A program made the translations under genes and the position numbers. From an uncultured Rikenellaceae bacterium (lineage in GTDB: Bacteria; Bacteroidota; Bacteroidia; Bacteroidales; VadinHA17): a stretch of 64,000 nucleotides of DNA. Below the pieces are notes generated by a model. That model was not told the DNA's origin. It worked only from the letters and a program-made list of their open reading frames with translations, and ran no database searches. Location of the stretch: the NCBI GenBank assembly GCA_964389685.1, contig CAYMFM010000004.1, forward strand, positions 1,310-65,309, read 5' to 3'. Every line of letters begins with the position of its first letter. Within the stretch, counting starts at the first letter, position 1. Shown piece by piece: positions 17,364 through 28,190 of the stretch.

Positions 17364-17953
17364 TGCTTAAGATCGGTTTGACAGGAGGGATCGGTAGTGG
17401 GAAATCCCTTGTTTGTAAAATCTTTTCCACTCTTGGCGTACCTGTGTTTCATTCAGATGAGGTTTCCAGGGATCTTATGGATCATGATCCGGAAATTATC
17501 AGAAAGGTTACCGGGATTTTTGGAAAGGGGATCTACCGGAATGGGATCCCGGACAGAAAAAAACTTTCAGAAGCTGTTTTTACGGATAGAAAAGCCCTGG
17601 AAAAACTGAATGCGATAATACATCCTGCTGTTTTGGAGGCTTTTAATAGGTGGCTGACGGGATGTAGTAGTCCACCTTATATCATTAAAGAATCTGCCAT
17701 TATTTTTGAAAGCGGTACTGACAAAGGACTTGATTTTGTGATTATGGTTTCCGCCCCTGAAGCCTTGCGAATCTCACGTGTGATGGAACGAGCCGGTACA
17801 TCGAGGGCAGAGGCTCTACGCAGAATGAGAAACCAGATGAATGATGCGGAACGTTCAGCCCGATCGGATGAAATAGTTTACAATGACGGTCATCAGCTGG
17901 TTATTCCGCAGGTACTTGAATTGCATAAAAAATTCACGAAACTCTCCGGTTAA
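17363..17953 (+). CDS. coaE: dephospho-CoA kinase
   Basis: LKIGLTGGIGSGKS P-loop and IIHPAV motif. The start overlaps the upstream stop (TAATG). Confidence 0.9.
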   Translation: MLKIGLTGGIGSGKSLVCKIFSTLGVPVFHSDEVSRDLMDHDPEIIRKVTGIFGKGIYRNGIPDRKKLSEAVFTDRKALEKLNAIIHPAVLEAFNRWLTGCSSPPYIIKESAIIFESGTDKGLDFVIMVSAPEALRISRVMERAGTSRAEALRRMRNQMNDAERSARSDEIVYNDGHQLVIPQVLELHKKFTKLSG

Positions 17954-17965
17954 CCTGACTTTTTT

Positions 17966-17973
17966 ATAGATTT
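17966..17973 (+). promoter_or_regulatory. Bacteroidota -7 box TAgaTTTG upstream of the DjlA-like gene
   Basis: Exact TAnnTTTG match 89 nt upstream of the ATG at 18062. Confidence 0.35.
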
Positions 17974-18061
17974 GAAGCGTGAAAAGAATATTGGATTGAG
18001 AAAGGATGAAGTACTGTGAAGCTGGAGTACTTGGAAAAACATTAAATAATAAACAGATAGC

Positions 18062-18784
18062 ATGGGTAAATTCGCAAAATGGATTGGAGGAGGATTGGGA
18101 TGGGCTTTCCTTGGGCCAATTGGCGGATTAATTGGTTTTGCCCTGGGTTCACTTTTTGATAATGTTTCCAGTCAGCAAATGGTAGCCGGAGATGGAAGAA
18201 CGACCTCCGGTGCGTTTGCTATGAGTTTGCTGGTTCTGGTTGCAGCAGTCATGAAAGCCGACGGTAAAGTTCTTCGGTCAGAACTGGATTATGTAAAGAA
18301 ATTCTTCCTTCAGAATTTTGGGGCGGATACTTCAGGGGAAGCCATCGTGATGCTGCGGGATCTTTTAAAGCAACAGATCCCGGTTCAGGATGTTTGTCGC
18401 CAGATCCGGCAGAACCTGGATTATTCCGCACGGTTACAGTTGTTGCATTTTCTCTTTGGAGTTGCCAAAGCAGACGGGCAGGTACATGCTTCAGAGCAAC
18501 GAACCATTGAACTGCTTGCCGGTTACCTGGGTATTTCTTTAAAAGATATAGAATCGATAAAATCCATGTTCGTTCCACAAACCGATTCTGCCTATAAGAT
18601 TCTTGAAATTGTTAGAAGTGCTACTGATGAAGAGGTGAAAAAGGCATACCGGAAAATGGCGAACAAATACCATCCGGATAAGGTTAGCCACCTTGGTGAA
18701 GATTTTCAAAAGGCTGCCAACGATAAATTCAAGAAAGTAAATGAAGCATACGAAACGATAAAACGGGAAAGAAAGATTACCTGA
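18062..18784 (+). CDS. djlA: DjlA-like co-chaperone (TM + TerB-like domain + C-terminal J domain)
   Basis: N-terminal Gly-rich TM helix, a TerB-like middle domain, and a J domain AYKILEI...[18 protein letters not shown]. Confidence 0.75.
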   Translation: MGKFAKWIGGGLGWAFLGPIGGLIGFALGSLFDNVSSQQMVAGDGRTTSGAFAMSLLVLVAAVMKADGKVLRSELDYVKKFFLQNFGADTSGEAIVMLRDLLKQQIPVQDVCRQIRQNLDYSARLQLLHFLFGVAKADGQVHASEQRTIELLAGYLGISLKDIESIKSMFVPQTDSAYKILEIVRSATDEEVKKAYRKMANKYHPDKVSHLGEDFQKAANDKFKKVNEAYETIKRERKIT

Positions 18785-18814
18785 TCGGATGAGATTTTTT
18801 TAAAATACGAAATT

Positions 18815-19417
18815 ATGGATCTAAAGGATATTTTAGCTATTTCTGGTTATCCGGGACTCTTTAAATTTGTTTCCCAGGGTAGAAATGCCATCATTGTTGA
18901 GAATTTAGAAACCAAGAAGCGCATGAGTGCATTTGGTTCTGAACGGATCAGCTCATTGGAGGAGATCTCGGTCTATACCGATGAAGAAGACCTGCCGCTT
19001 GTTGATGTGGTTAAAAAGATTTTTGAAAAGGAGGGGAATAAACCAGCCATTGATCCCAAATCCCCACCGGAGAAACTGAAAAACTATTTTTCTGAAATTA
19101 TTCCTGGCTATGACAGGGATCGTGTATATACCTCGGATATTAAGAAAATTTTGACATGGTATAACCTGATGCATAAACTGAAGATGGTGAAGTTTGACAA
19201 GGAGAAGGAAAAGGAGGGAAAAGAGCAGGATTCGAAAGAGAAAAAGGCGGGTGATTCGGTCTCTGCTACCGGGAAGAAAACCGCCGGAAGTAAAGCGACA
19301 AGCCAGTCCCAAAAAGCCTCCGGAAGTAAAACGGCAGGCCAGGCAAAAAAAACCTCCGGAAGTAAAGCGCTAAACCAGTCAAAGAAAGCCGTGAAAAAAG
19401 GAACATCCGGAAAGTAA
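18815..19417 (+). CDS. DUF5606 domain protein with Lys/Ser/Ala-rich histone-H1-like tail
   Basis: N-terminus MDLKDILAISGYPGLFKFVSQGRNAIIVENLETKKR. The C-terminal 60 aa contain repeats KTAGSKATSQSQKASGSKTAGQAKKTSGSKA. Confidence 0.65.
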   Translation: MDLKDILAISGYPGLFKFVSQGRNAIIVENLETKKRMSAFGSERISSLEEISVYTDEEDLPLVDVVKKIFEKEGNKPAIDPKSPPEKLKNYFSEIIPGYDRDRVYTSDIKKILTWYNLMHKLKMVKFDKEKEKEGKEQDSKEKKAGDSVSATGKKTAGSKATSQSQKASGSKTAGQAKKTSGSKALNQSKKAVKKGTSGK

Positions 19418-19429
19418 CATTCCCATACC

Positions 19430-21154
19430 ATGAAACCTGACCAAATTAAACCGGCACCAAAACGCATCTTTCTGCCGGACAGTCTCCGTGTTGAGTCGTG
19501 GAAGTCAATAGAGCCATACTTTCTAAAACTAACTGAACGGTCAATACATTCTGCCGAATCGTTAAAAAAATGGCTTCTTGACCGGAGCGAATTGGAAGCA
19601 TTTCTTGAAGAGGAACTGGCATGGCGTTACATTCGAATGAATTGCGATACAATGGATGAGGGACTTGCCGATCGTTTTAACCAATTTGTAACAGAAATTG
19701 AGCCTCATATTTCCACCTATTCCAATATTCTGGACAGGAAGTTTATCGAATCGCCATACCTGAAGGATCTGGATCAGCAGAAATACCTGATCCCAATACG
19801 GGCAGCAAAAAACAGGATAGCGATCTTCCGGGAGGAAAATGTTCCGCTGTTAGCCAGGCTTCAGGTTGAGGAACAGGAATACGGGAGGATTCTTTCTCAG
19901 ATGACAGTAACTTACCGGGGCAAGGAATTGACACTTCAGATGGCAGGGAATTACCTGAAGGAGGTGGATCGTGAGACCAGAATGAGCGTTTACAGGTTGA
20001 TCAGCGAAAGAAGGGGTAAGGATTCCTCAATGCTTCAGGATCTTTTTTCAAGACTGATACAGACAAGGGATCAGGTAGCCAGAAATGCTGGCTTTAAAAA
20101 TTTCAGGGATTATAAATTCACTGAACTTGGCCGTTTCGATTACAGCGTTAAAGATTGTGAGAGGTTTCATGAATCGATATCAGATGAGGTGATCCCACTC
20201 GTAAGAACCATACTCGATAAGAGAAGGGAATGTTTGGGCTTGCCGGAGCTGCGTCCATGGGATCTGGATGTGGACCCGGATCGGAAACCTCCCCTGAAAC
20301 CATTCAATACTGTTGGTGAATTGATTCATCGTTCGGTCCAGTGCCTCAGCCGGGTAAAACCTGCTTATGGTGATTACCTTCATTCCATGGAACAAATTGG
20401 ATTTCTTGATCTGAGTTCCAGAAAAGGAAAAGCACCCGGAGGATTCAACTATCCGTTATATGAAAGCAATATCCCGTTTATATTTATGAATGCCACGGGT
20501 AATCTCCGGGATCTTGAGACCATAATGCATAAGAGTGGGCATGCCATTCATTCCTTTTTATCTAAAGAGTTGGAGATCATTGATTTTAAGAACCTCCCTG
20601 CAGAAGTGGCTGAATTGGCTTCCATGACCATAGAGTTATTAAGCATGGATTACTGGGATGCTTTTTTTAGCAGTGAAGGGGAATGTATACGGGCTAAGAG
20701 GAGCCAGCTTGAGGGAATTATCATGATCCTGCCATGGATAGCATCCGTTGATAAATTTCAACACTGGATATACCTTAATCCAAACCATTCGGATGATGAA
20801 CGAAACAGCAAATGGATTGAAATACTGGATCAGTTTGAAACAGGCCAGGTGAACTGGTCGGGATTTGAGAAACCGAGAGCGTTTTCATGGCAGAAACAGC
20901 TTCATCTGTTTGAAAGTCCCTTTTATTACATTGAATATGGAATAGCACAGCTTGGGGCAATAGCGATCTGGAAGCAATACAGACAAAACGCGAAAAAGGC
21001 TCTTGACCGGTACGAAAAAGCCCTTCAACTCGGCTATTCTGTTACCATTCCGGAGATTTATCGGAATGCAGGGATTGATTTTAATTTCTCGAGTGAGTAC
21101 GTCCGGGAGTTGATGAAATTCATATCGGATGAACTGGACGAACTCTATCGCTAA
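19430..21154 (+). CDS. M3-family oligoendopeptidase (PepF-like) with HEXXH changed to HKSGH
   Basis: 574 aa with PepF-like length and architecture. The zinc motif position reads MHKSGHAIHS (codons 20528-20542, Lys codon AAG at 20531-20533). Confidence 0.8.
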   Translation: MKPDQIKPAPKRIFLPDSLRVESWKSIEPYFLKLTERSIHSAESLKKWLLDRSELEAFLEEELAWRYIRMNCDTMDEGLADRFNQFVTEIEPHISTYSNILDRKFIESPYLKDLDQQKYLIPIRAAKNRIAIFREENVPLLARLQVEEQEYGRILSQMTVTYRGKELTLQMAGNYLKEVDRETRMSVYRLISERRGKDSSMLQDLFSRLIQTRDQVARNAGFKNFRDYKFTELGRFDYSVKDCERFHESISDEVIPLVRTILDKRRECLGLPELRPWDLDVDPDRKPPLKPFNTVGELIHRSVQCLSRVKPAYGDYLHSMEQIGFLDLSSRKGKAPGGFNYPLYESNIPFIFMNATGNLRDLETIMHKSGHAIHSFLSKELEIIDFKNLPAEVAELASMTIELLSMDYWDAFFSSEGECIRAKRSQLEGIIMILPWIASVDKFQHWIYLNPNHSDDERNSKWIEILDQFETGQVNWSGFEKPRAFSWQKQLHLFESPFYYIEYGIAQLGAIAIWKQYRQNAKKALDRYEKALQLGYSVTIPEIYRNAGIDFNFSSEYVRELMKFISDELDELYR

Positions 21155-21163
21155 CGTTCGCGG

Positions 21164-21961
21164 TTAATTCAACGCTTTCTTTGCTTCTTCCCATAATGTA
21201 TCCATCTCATCGGCACTGAGTTCCCTGAGTGTTTTGCCGTTTTGTTGAGCTGCGTTTTCCAGGTAATTAAAGCGTTGAATGAATTTGATGTTTGTTCTTT
21301 CCAGCGCATTTTCCGGATCAATCCCATAAAGCCGTGCAGCATTGATGATTGTAAAAAACAGATCGCCGAATTCCTCCTCAATTTTCTGGAAGTTTTCCGG
21401 ATTGTTATCCCGAGTCCCTTTTGTTTTTCTCAATTCTTTTTGTAGCTCACTGACCTCTTCATCCAGTTTTTCCCAGATCTGTTCTTTCACTTCCCAATCA
21501 AATCCCACTCCCCTGACTTTTTCCTGGATACGGTTGGCTTTGATTAATGCGGGCAATGATTTGGGAACACCTCCCAGAACCGTCCGGTTCCCCTGTCGAA
21601 GTTTTAACTCTTCCCAATTCTGCTTTACCTCATCTGCATTACTAACCTTCACATCACCAAAAATATGAGGATGTCTGTAAACCAGTTTCTGGTTAATTGT
21701 TTCAATTACATCAAGGATATTAAAATCTCCCGTTTCAGAACCTATTTTCGAATAGAATACAATGTGCAGAAGAAGGTCACCCAGCTCATCTTTCATATCC
21801 TCGGGCTCTTCTTTTAAAATGGCATCAGCCAATTCGTAGGTTTCTTCGATGGTCAGTTTACGTAATGATTCAAAGGTTTGTTCTTTATCCCAGGGACACT
21901 CTGCTCTTAACCGGTCCATGATTGTCAACAGTTCTCCAAATGCCTCTAATGTTTTTTTCAT
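21164..21961 (-). CDS. mazG: nucleoside triphosphate pyrophosphohydrolase MazG
   Basis: 265 aa with two MazG repeats (EETYELADAI..., EEFGDLFFTIIN). CPWDKEQTFESL lies at the N-terminus. Confidence 0.9.
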   Translation of the reverse strand: MKKTLEAFGELLTIMDRLRAECPWDKEQTFESLRKLTIEETYELADAILKEEPEDMKDELGDLLLHIVFYSKIGSETGDFNILDVIETINQKLVYRHPHIFGDVKVSNADEVKQNWEELKLRQGNRTVLGGVPKSLPALIKANRIQEKVRGVGFDWEVKEQIWEKLDEEVSELQKELRKTKGTRDNNPENFQKIEEEFGDLFFTIINAARLYGIDPENALERTNIKFIQRFNYLENAAQQNGKTLRELSADEMDTLWEEAKKALN

Positions 21962-22770
21962 TTCCTGGACTTATTGCTTTTTTGAGATGTTTGTTTATCC
22001 TTGAAAGATATTCTGATGGAAGAACCCGGGCTCAGGTTCAGGAGGCTTGCTGCATTGCCGTTATTAATAGCAATTTCAAGCAGGTTAAGGGAATTGAACA
22101 GAGCCAGGATCTCGCCGGTGGAGGTTTCACCATATTTTTTATTCAGCTTGTTGATCATGTAGTGATTGCTTGTCACCAGGATTTCGAATGGTCGTCTTTT
22201 GCCCACGCGATCGAACAGATCGCTGGTGATGTTGGTAATGGCATTCTGATAGGAATCGATGTAGATGACACTGCCGGTTATAACCGAATCGTCAATAGCT
22301 GCCCGTAAGGGGACACGTTTAGAAAGCTGGCCAAGCGGTTTCCCGAGTTCTGATATTTTTTTTCCTGCAGCGAGATGGCAAGCTGCTTTCGCAAATACAA
22401 AAAGGGATGGGAAGCTGGAGCCTTCATTTTCCGTTTTGATTTGTACGATTGCTTCCGGTTCCTTGTTGATGATCAGTCCGAATATTCCATTGTCGCAACT
22501 GATAAAGTAATGACCATCTGCTTTTACAGCAACGTAATGATTTTCTGATGAAGAAACCGTGTTTACTGCAATCACATGGACACTTCCATTTGGATAATGG
22601 TGATAACAGTTTTTCAGGATGAATGCAGCATGCGCTATATTGAAATTGGGTATCTGATGTGAAATATCAATCAAAGTAATGCCGGGATCGAGACTAATAA
22701 TTTTACCTTTTAGGGCCCCGAGGTAAAAATCATTCAAATTCCAATCGGATGTGAGGGTAACAACTGGCAT
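21958..22770 (-). CDS. SAM hydroxide adenosyltransferase family protein (DUF62)
   Basis: The N-terminus MPVVTLTSDWNLNDFYLGALKGKI and the length of about 270 aa are typical. The stop overlaps the mazG start (4-nt overlap). Confidence 0.75.
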   Translation of the reverse strand: MPVVTLTSDWNLNDFYLGALKGKIISLDPGITLIDISHQIPNFNIAHAAFILKNCYHHYPNGSVHVIAVNTVSSSENHYVAVKADGHYFISCDNGIFGLIINKEPEAIVQIKTENEGSSFPSLFVFAKAACHLAAGKKISELGKPLGQLSKRVPLRAAIDDSVITGSVIYIDSYQNAITNITSDLFDRVGKRRPFEILVTSNHYMINKLNKKYGETSTGEILALFNSLNLLEIAINNGNAASLLNLSPGSSIRISFKDKQTSQKSNKSRK

Positions 22771-22862
22771 TGTTGCAAAAAACTTCAGTCAAAAGTTATT
22801 AATTCAGCGAAAAATCAGCTTACTTTGTACAGCTCAAAAGTAATCATTATTATGGATTTATC

Positions 22863-23828
22863 GTGAATGAGAAGATCATATATTTGGAGTCAATTGACCC
22901 GGTAGAGCTATTCGGAGTAAACAACGTGAACCTTGACAGGATCAGGGGTTTCTTTCCAAAATTAAAATTTATTGCCAGGGGGAATGAACTCAAGGTGATT
23001 GGTGCTGAAGAAGAGATTGTTGATTTCGAAAAGAGCTTCGGTGTGATTATGGATTTCTATCTTAATTATAACCGGCTTGAGAAAGAGGATCTTGAACAGC
23101 TTCTGTTTGATCCGTCCCATCGGTTGCTGGCATCAAATGGTGATTTTAAGGAGCCCCTTGTATATGGAAGTACCGGTAAGCCGATATTTGCCAGGACGGT
23201 AAACCAGGTGCGACTGGTGAAAGAGTATACAAACAATGACCTTCTGATGGCAGTTGGACCGGCAGGAACCGGGAAAACCTATACGGCGATTGCGCTTGCA
23301 GTAAGGGCATTACGAAACAAACAGGTAAAACGGATCGTCTTAACCAGACCTGCTGTTGAAGCGGGAGAACACCTTGGTTTCTTACCGGGCGATCTGAAAG
23401 AAAAACTGGACCCTTACCTGCAGCCCCTGTACGATGCACTGAATGACATGATTCCATCCAGGAAACTGGCAAGCAACATCGAAGATGGTACTATTCACAT
23501 TGCTCCATTGGCATTTATGAGGGGCCGTACACTGGAAAATGCTTTTGTAATCCTGGATGAAGGACAGAATACAACCGTAAATCAAATAAAAATGTTCCTC
23601 ACGAGGATGGGACAGGGCTCAAAATTCATTGTAACCGGTGATATTACACAGATTGACCTGCCCTTTCGGAGAGACTCAGGATTGTTGCAGGCTATGCGGA
23701 TACTGAAGAACATCGAGGGCATTTCACTGGTTGAATTCGATGAGCGGGATATTGTCAGGCACCGTCTTGTGAAACAGATTGTCAAGGCCTATAACATTTC
23801 GGAAAATGATGAAAAGGAAAAAACATAA
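22863..23828 (+). CDS. phoH: PhoH-family ATPase
   Basis: Walker [17 protein letters not shown], and PhoH C-terminal motifs. GTG start. Confidence 0.9.
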   Translation: MNEKIIYLESIDPVELFGVNNVNLDRIRGFFPKLKFIARGNELKVIGAEEEIVDFEKSFGVIMDFYLNYNRLEKEDLEQLLFDPSHRLLASNGDFKEPLVYGSTGKPIFARTVNQVRLVKEYTNNDLLMAVGPAGTGKTYTAIALAVRALRNKQVKRIVLTRPAVEAGEHLGFLPGDLKEKLDPYLQPLYDALNDMIPSRKLASNIEDGTIHIAPLAFMRGRTLENAFVILDEGQNTTVNQIKMFLTRMGQGSKFIVTGDITQIDLPFRRDSGLLQAMRILKNIEGISLVEFDERDIVRHRLVKQIVKAYNISENDEKEKT

Positions 23829-23839
23829 AAGCGGATTTT

Positions 23840-24790
23840 ATGGAAAAAGCAATTGTGACAACCCATTTTAGTTTCCCGGGACAGCAACGTATATACCATG
23901 GAAAAGTGAGGGATGTATATAACATTCAGGATACCTATTTACTGATGGTTGTTTCTGACCGGATTTCTGCATTTGATGTCGTCCTGCCAAAAGGCATTCC
24001 GTTTAAGGGGCAGGTATTGAATCAGATCGCCTCTAAATTTCTTGACTCAACAAGCGACATTGTCCCAAACTGGAAAATTGCCAGTCCGGATCCCATGGTA
24101 ACGGTTGGTCACTATGTTGAACCCTATGAAGTTGAAATGGTGATCAGAGGATACCTGACCGGTCATGCATGGAGAGAATACAGGTCTGGTAAACGGGAAC
24201 TTTGTGGCATTCCGCTACCGGAAGGCATGAAGGAAAATGAGCAATTTCCGGAGCCAATCATAACCCCTACAACAAAAGCGAAAGAAGGACACGATGAGGA
24301 TATTTCAAGGGAGCAGATCATTTCCCGGGGCTTGGTTCCGGAAGCAGAATACCGGTTGCTGGAGGAGTATACCCGAAAATTGTTTCAACGGGGAAATGAA
24401 ATGGCTACCGATAAGGGTCTGATCCTGGTTGATACAAAATATGAGTTCGGAAGGAAAGATGGTCAAATTTACCTGATCGATGAAATACACACACCCGATT
24501 CGTCCCGCTATTTTTATCTGGAAGGATATGCCGAACGCCTGGCCAAGGGAGAACCCCAGAGACAGCTTTCGAAAGAATTTGTCCGCCAATGGCTGATTGA
24601 TCACGGATTCCAGGGGAAAGAGGGACAGAAAATACCGGAAATGACCGAAGAATTCGTGAACCTGGTATCGGAACGGTACATTGAACTGTATGAGAACATT
24701 ACCGGTGAACCGTTTGAACGGGCAGAATCGGCTTCCGTCCATGAACGCATCGAAAGAAATACCCGGGAGTTTTTGAAAACGTTGATATGA
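23840..24790 (+). CDS. purC: phosphoribosylaminoimidazole-succinocarboxamide (SAICAR) synthase
   Basis: 316 aa long-form PurC: [29 protein letters not shown]. Confidence 0.9.
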   Translation: MEKAIVTTHFSFPGQQRIYHGKVRDVYNIQDTYLLMVVSDRISAFDVVLPKGIPFKGQVLNQIASKFLDSTSDIVPNWKIASPDPMVTVGHYVEPYEVEMVIRGYLTGHAWREYRSGKRELCGIPLPEGMKENEQFPEPIITPTTKAKEGHDEDISREQIISRGLVPEAEYRLLEEYTRKLFQRGNEMATDKGLILVDTKYEFGRKDGQIYLIDEIHTPDSSRYFYLEGYAERLAKGEPQRQLSKEFVRQWLIDHGFQGKEGQKIPEMTEEFVNLVSERYIELYENITGEPFERAESASVHERIERNTREFLKTLI

Positions 24791-24923
24791 AATAAATAAA
24801 TAGGGACAGCTACCGATTTTTTTATTTTTTAGAGATTTTCGCAAAATAGAATGACTTGAAGTGGTGAGAAGATTGTGGAACGCCCTTTGAGGTTTTCCCA
24901 ATAGTTACGAACATACCTAAAAA

Positions 24924-25994
24924 TTAACCTTTCTCAACAAACCGCTTGACAAATTTCCGGATGTATTCTTCGATAATGGGTAGTTCCCTGAACGGTTTTC
25001 TGCAGTACACCTTTTTTTCTCTCAACTCTTCAATGGTCTCTTCCTGGCCGGATTTAAAATTCAATTGTTTCTCTGTTACATGAAGGATCAATGGCAATTC
25101 TTCAAATGCAAAACCATAAAGTCGTTTCAACATGGTTTCCTTGTCTCCCATGATTCCAAGCTCCTGCAGTGCGGAATTGAATTGTTCTGATTCTTCGAAA
25201 CCTCTTTCTTTCCTGTAATACAGATCTTTTCGCTGGTGAAACAGCTCGATCTGGATTGGGTTTAATGTCCTTGCCATATCCAGGATAAACTCAACAAAAC
25301 GGTGATAGAGGTATTCAATTTTCCCGGTTTCACCGGGTAGTAGGAAATGAAAATTTGCGGAACTTCTGAACCACATTCGTTCTTTCTTGATGTATTCATA
25401 CCGTTCCATATTCGGGTCAAGCAATTCCTTGGCTTTGGGCAGAAGGTTGCGCGGTTCTGTTATATCTTGTTTTTCAATATAGAGATCGATCAGTTTAATC
25501 AGGATGTCGTAATGGTCGTAATTAACATTTACTGTTTCGAGGTATTTCTCCAGATAATCAATAGCATTGTCGATGCTTTGAGACTTAATAAGTTCAGCCA
25601 TGGTGATGTGCAGGGCAAGGAAATATGGATCACCCTCCGGTTTTTTTTGAATGATTCCTTCCAGGTATTGGTAGGCTTCGTCAAAAGGGATTGATTCATC
25701 CCTTTTCATGTAAGGGATAAGCTTATTCATGCATGTTACCAGAGCGGTATTTCCCTCTCTAAGGTACGCTTCAGCAATCTTTTTCAGGAAAGTCACGGCT
25801 TCTGAATAACCTTTTTCCTTTCTGATGCTGGTGGCTTTTATCATCAGTTTGTGTACATCTTCTTCCGGATGTTTATAGGTGGTGTGTGGAACGTCAGGTG
25901 AGTCTTCAAACTGGATTCTTACATCCTGATGAGTTTTAACAGCATCTTTATTTCCGGAACTCCATCGAAAAAGCTTTTTTAGAAACGAGATCAT
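24924..25994 (-). CDS. hypothetical cytoplasmic alpha-helical (TPR-like) protein
   Basis: 356-aa ORF with normal composition. It has no signal peptide and no recognisable motif. It is monocistronic between plus-strand genes. Confidence 0.6.
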   Translation of the reverse strand: MISFLKKLFRWSSGNKDAVKTHQDVRIQFEDSPDVPHTTYKHPEEDVHKLMIKATSIRKEKGYSEAVTFLKKIAEAYLREGNTALVTCMNKLIPYMKRDESIPFDEAYQYLEGIIQKKPEGDPYFLALHITMAELIKSQSIDNAIDYLEKYLETVNVNYDHYDILIKLIDLYIEKQDITEPRNLLPKAKELLDPNMERYEYIKKERMWFRSSANFHFLLPGETGKIEYLYHRFVEFILDMARTLNPIQIELFHQRKDLYYRKERGFEESEQFNSALQELGIMGDKETMLKRLYGFAFEELPLILHVTEKQLNFKSGQEETIEELREKKVYCRKPFRELPIIEEYIRKFVKRFVEKG

Positions 25995-26110
25995 GTCGGG
26001 TCACGTTAAGTAAATGAAGGACAAATTTGTAAATTACTTCTGAACAGAAAGATACAAATTAATCCGGGTATAATCAAATAGTACCTATTGGATTTGGATT
26101 GATACTTTAT

Positions 26111-26118
26111 TACCTTTG
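26111..26118 (+). promoter_or_regulatory. Bacteroidota -7 box TAccTTTG upstream of the LysM gene
   Basis: Exact TAnnTTTG match ending 3 nt before the track start TTG at 26121. If this box is functional, the real start is further downstream, for example TTG at 26145. Confidence 0.35.
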
Positions 26119-26120
26119 CT

Positions 26121-28118
26121 TTGCAACCATTATTCATTAAGGCATTGATAGAAAGCAGTTTATATCATAAAGTACAGTCTGTATTGTTTTTGTTGTTGTT
26201 ATTACTTGCAGTTGAGCACCCGGTTTGTACCCAGGACATCCCGGTCGAGATTAAAAAATCTACAGACAAAGTGATGATTGATGGCAAGGTCTATTACATT
26301 CACGTTGTCAGGGAGGGACATACACTATACTCGATCAGTAAGGTTTATGGAATTTCACAGAAAGAGATATCCAGGGAAAACCCCACGGTAGTATTTGGGT
26401 TACGGGTTGGACAGGCACTTAAAATTCCGGCTGAACCAGTGCTTGAAGACGAGGAAGAACAGGTTGAACCGGAGAATTTTACCTATCATCCGATTCAGGA
26501 GAATGAAACCATTTACGCGCTGTCAAAGCGATACGGAGTGACTGAGGAGGAGATCCTTGATCATAATCCCGACCTGGTCATTGATGACATTGATATTGGA
26601 ACCGTAATTAAGATCCCAAAGAAGATTTTCACACAGGAAAAAGAATCGTTCGGTGCTGAAAGGGAACCCTTTGTTTATCACCGCGTAGAGAAGGGTGAAA
26701 CCTTGTATTCCTTATCCAGAGAATACAATGTATCTATTCGCCAGATCCGGAAAGCGAATGTCCAGATGAAAGGAAACCCGAAAGAGGGTGAATATCTTCG
26801 AATACCGGCCACCGAGGGGGATGGGGACGTCGTTAATCCTGTGCTGGAAGATGATCCCGATATTTTTTTAGTGGAGGATACAGCGCAATTTACAGACGAG
26901 ACGCCACCCTCTTTCTATGGAAAATCAATAAATGTAGCTTTGATGCTTCCATTCTATTTGGATGAGAATGAGGAGCGGGTAGTGATAGATACATCCGAGG
27001 TGGATGATTTCGGTAATGTAATTGAAAACGTAACAGAGCGGGACGAGAATTGGATCTACCCGAGAAGCTTTAGCTACCTTGAGTTTTACGAGGGCGCCCT
27101 CCTGGCTGTTGAGTCACTTCAAAAAAGCGGGTTGTCAATAAATTTTTCGGTATTTGACACGGAAAGGGATTCTGCCACGGTCCAGGGAATTATCGACAAT
27201 GGTGATTTGCGTCAGATGGACCTTATCATTGGTCCGGCATATACACATAACCTGCGCCTGGTGGCAGAATATGGAGAGGAAAGGAGGATTCCGGTGATTT
27301 CTCCTCTGGCTTCCAGGAACATTCTACTTGACGAATGCCCATACCTCTTTCAGGTGAGGCCAACCTTTGAAACAGAGATTGAAAAGCTTTCCGCTTTTAT
27401 TTCGGGATTCTACGATAGAAATATTGTCATGATCCATCCGGGGGATAGTCTCGAAGCGCCGCATGTTGATTTGCTAAAAAGAAGGCTCTTTTATAGGTTA
27501 TCCTTTTATACTTTTTTTAGTGAGGTGGTTTTCAAAGAAGTTGTATATAACGACGAGATTACAAAAAACGATTCGATAAACAGCATCGAACATGCACTGT
27601 CCGGTGATGTGAAGAACATTGTCATTATACCGAGTGATAAAGAACCCTTTGTCAGCAACATGGTGTCCACATTGAATACTCTGTCGACTGATTATGAGAT
27701 ATTGTTGGTAGGATACCAGTCATGGCAAAGATTCCGGAACATTGAGCTACAGCATTTCTACAATCTCAACCTTCATATATGCACGCCGTTCATACTGGAT
27801 TATACCAGAGATGAGGTGAAGGAGTTTATCCGGTCTTTCAGGGAGTCTTTTCATAGTGAACCGGAACCGTTTAGTTTTGCATGGCAGGGACACGATATCA
27901 CCTATTATTTTGTGACGGGTGTTGCACGGTATGGAAGGCGATTCAGAAACTATACCACCAGGCACCAGGTTGATTTGCTCGAATCGGAATACATGTTCCG
28001 AAGAGGAAACAATCGTGGAGGTTTCGAAAACAAACAGATCCATTTGATCCAGTACAATCCGGATCTGGAAATAACAAAAGTAACTGCTGAGGATCAGAGT
28101 GCATGGGGTAATTGGTAA
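26121..28118 (+). CDS. LysM-repeat protein with periplasmic-binding-protein (type 1)-like C-terminal domain
   Basis: Three LysM repeats (HTLYSISKVYGIS..., ETIYALSKRYGVT..., ETLYSLSREYNVS...) followed by a PBP1-like domain of about 400 aa. The start codon is uncertain (non-ATG). Confidence 0.75.
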   Translation: MQPLFIKALIESSLYHKVQSVLFLLLLLLAVEHPVCTQDIPVEIKKSTDKVMIDGKVYYIHVVREGHTLYSISKVYGISQKEISRENPTVVFGLRVGQALKIPAEPVLEDEEEQVEPENFTYHPIQENETIYALSKRYGVTEEEILDHNPDLVIDDIDIGTVIKIPKKIFTQEKESFGAEREPFVYHRVEKGETLYSLSREYNVSIRQIRKANVQMKGNPKEGEYLRIPATEGDGDVVNPVLEDDPDIFLVEDTAQFTDETPPSFYGKSINVALMLPFYLDENEERVVIDTSEVDDFGNVIENVTERDENWIYPRSFSYLEFYEGALLAVESLQKSGLSINFSVFDTERDSATVQGIIDNGDLRQMDLIIGPAYTHNLRLVAEYGEERRIPVISPLASRNILLDECPYLFQVRPTFETEIEKLSAFISGFYDRNIVMIHPGDSLEAPHVDLLKRRLFYRLSFYTFFSEVVFKEVVYNDEITKNDSINSIEHALSGDVKNIVIIPSDKEPFVSNMVSTLNTLSTDYEILLVGYQSWQRFRNIELQHFYNLNLHICTPFILDYTRDEVKEFIRSFRESFHSEPEPFSFAWQGHDITYYFVTGVARYGRRFRNYTTRHQVDLLESEYMFRRGNNRGGFENKQIHLIQYNPDLEITKVTAEDQSAWGNW

Positions 28119-28190
28119 CTTTCAAGAGGGTGGAAACGTTTTCAAGTGCCCCGTCCACCTTTGCCGGCACCAAATCCAGGATCTCAGCAA

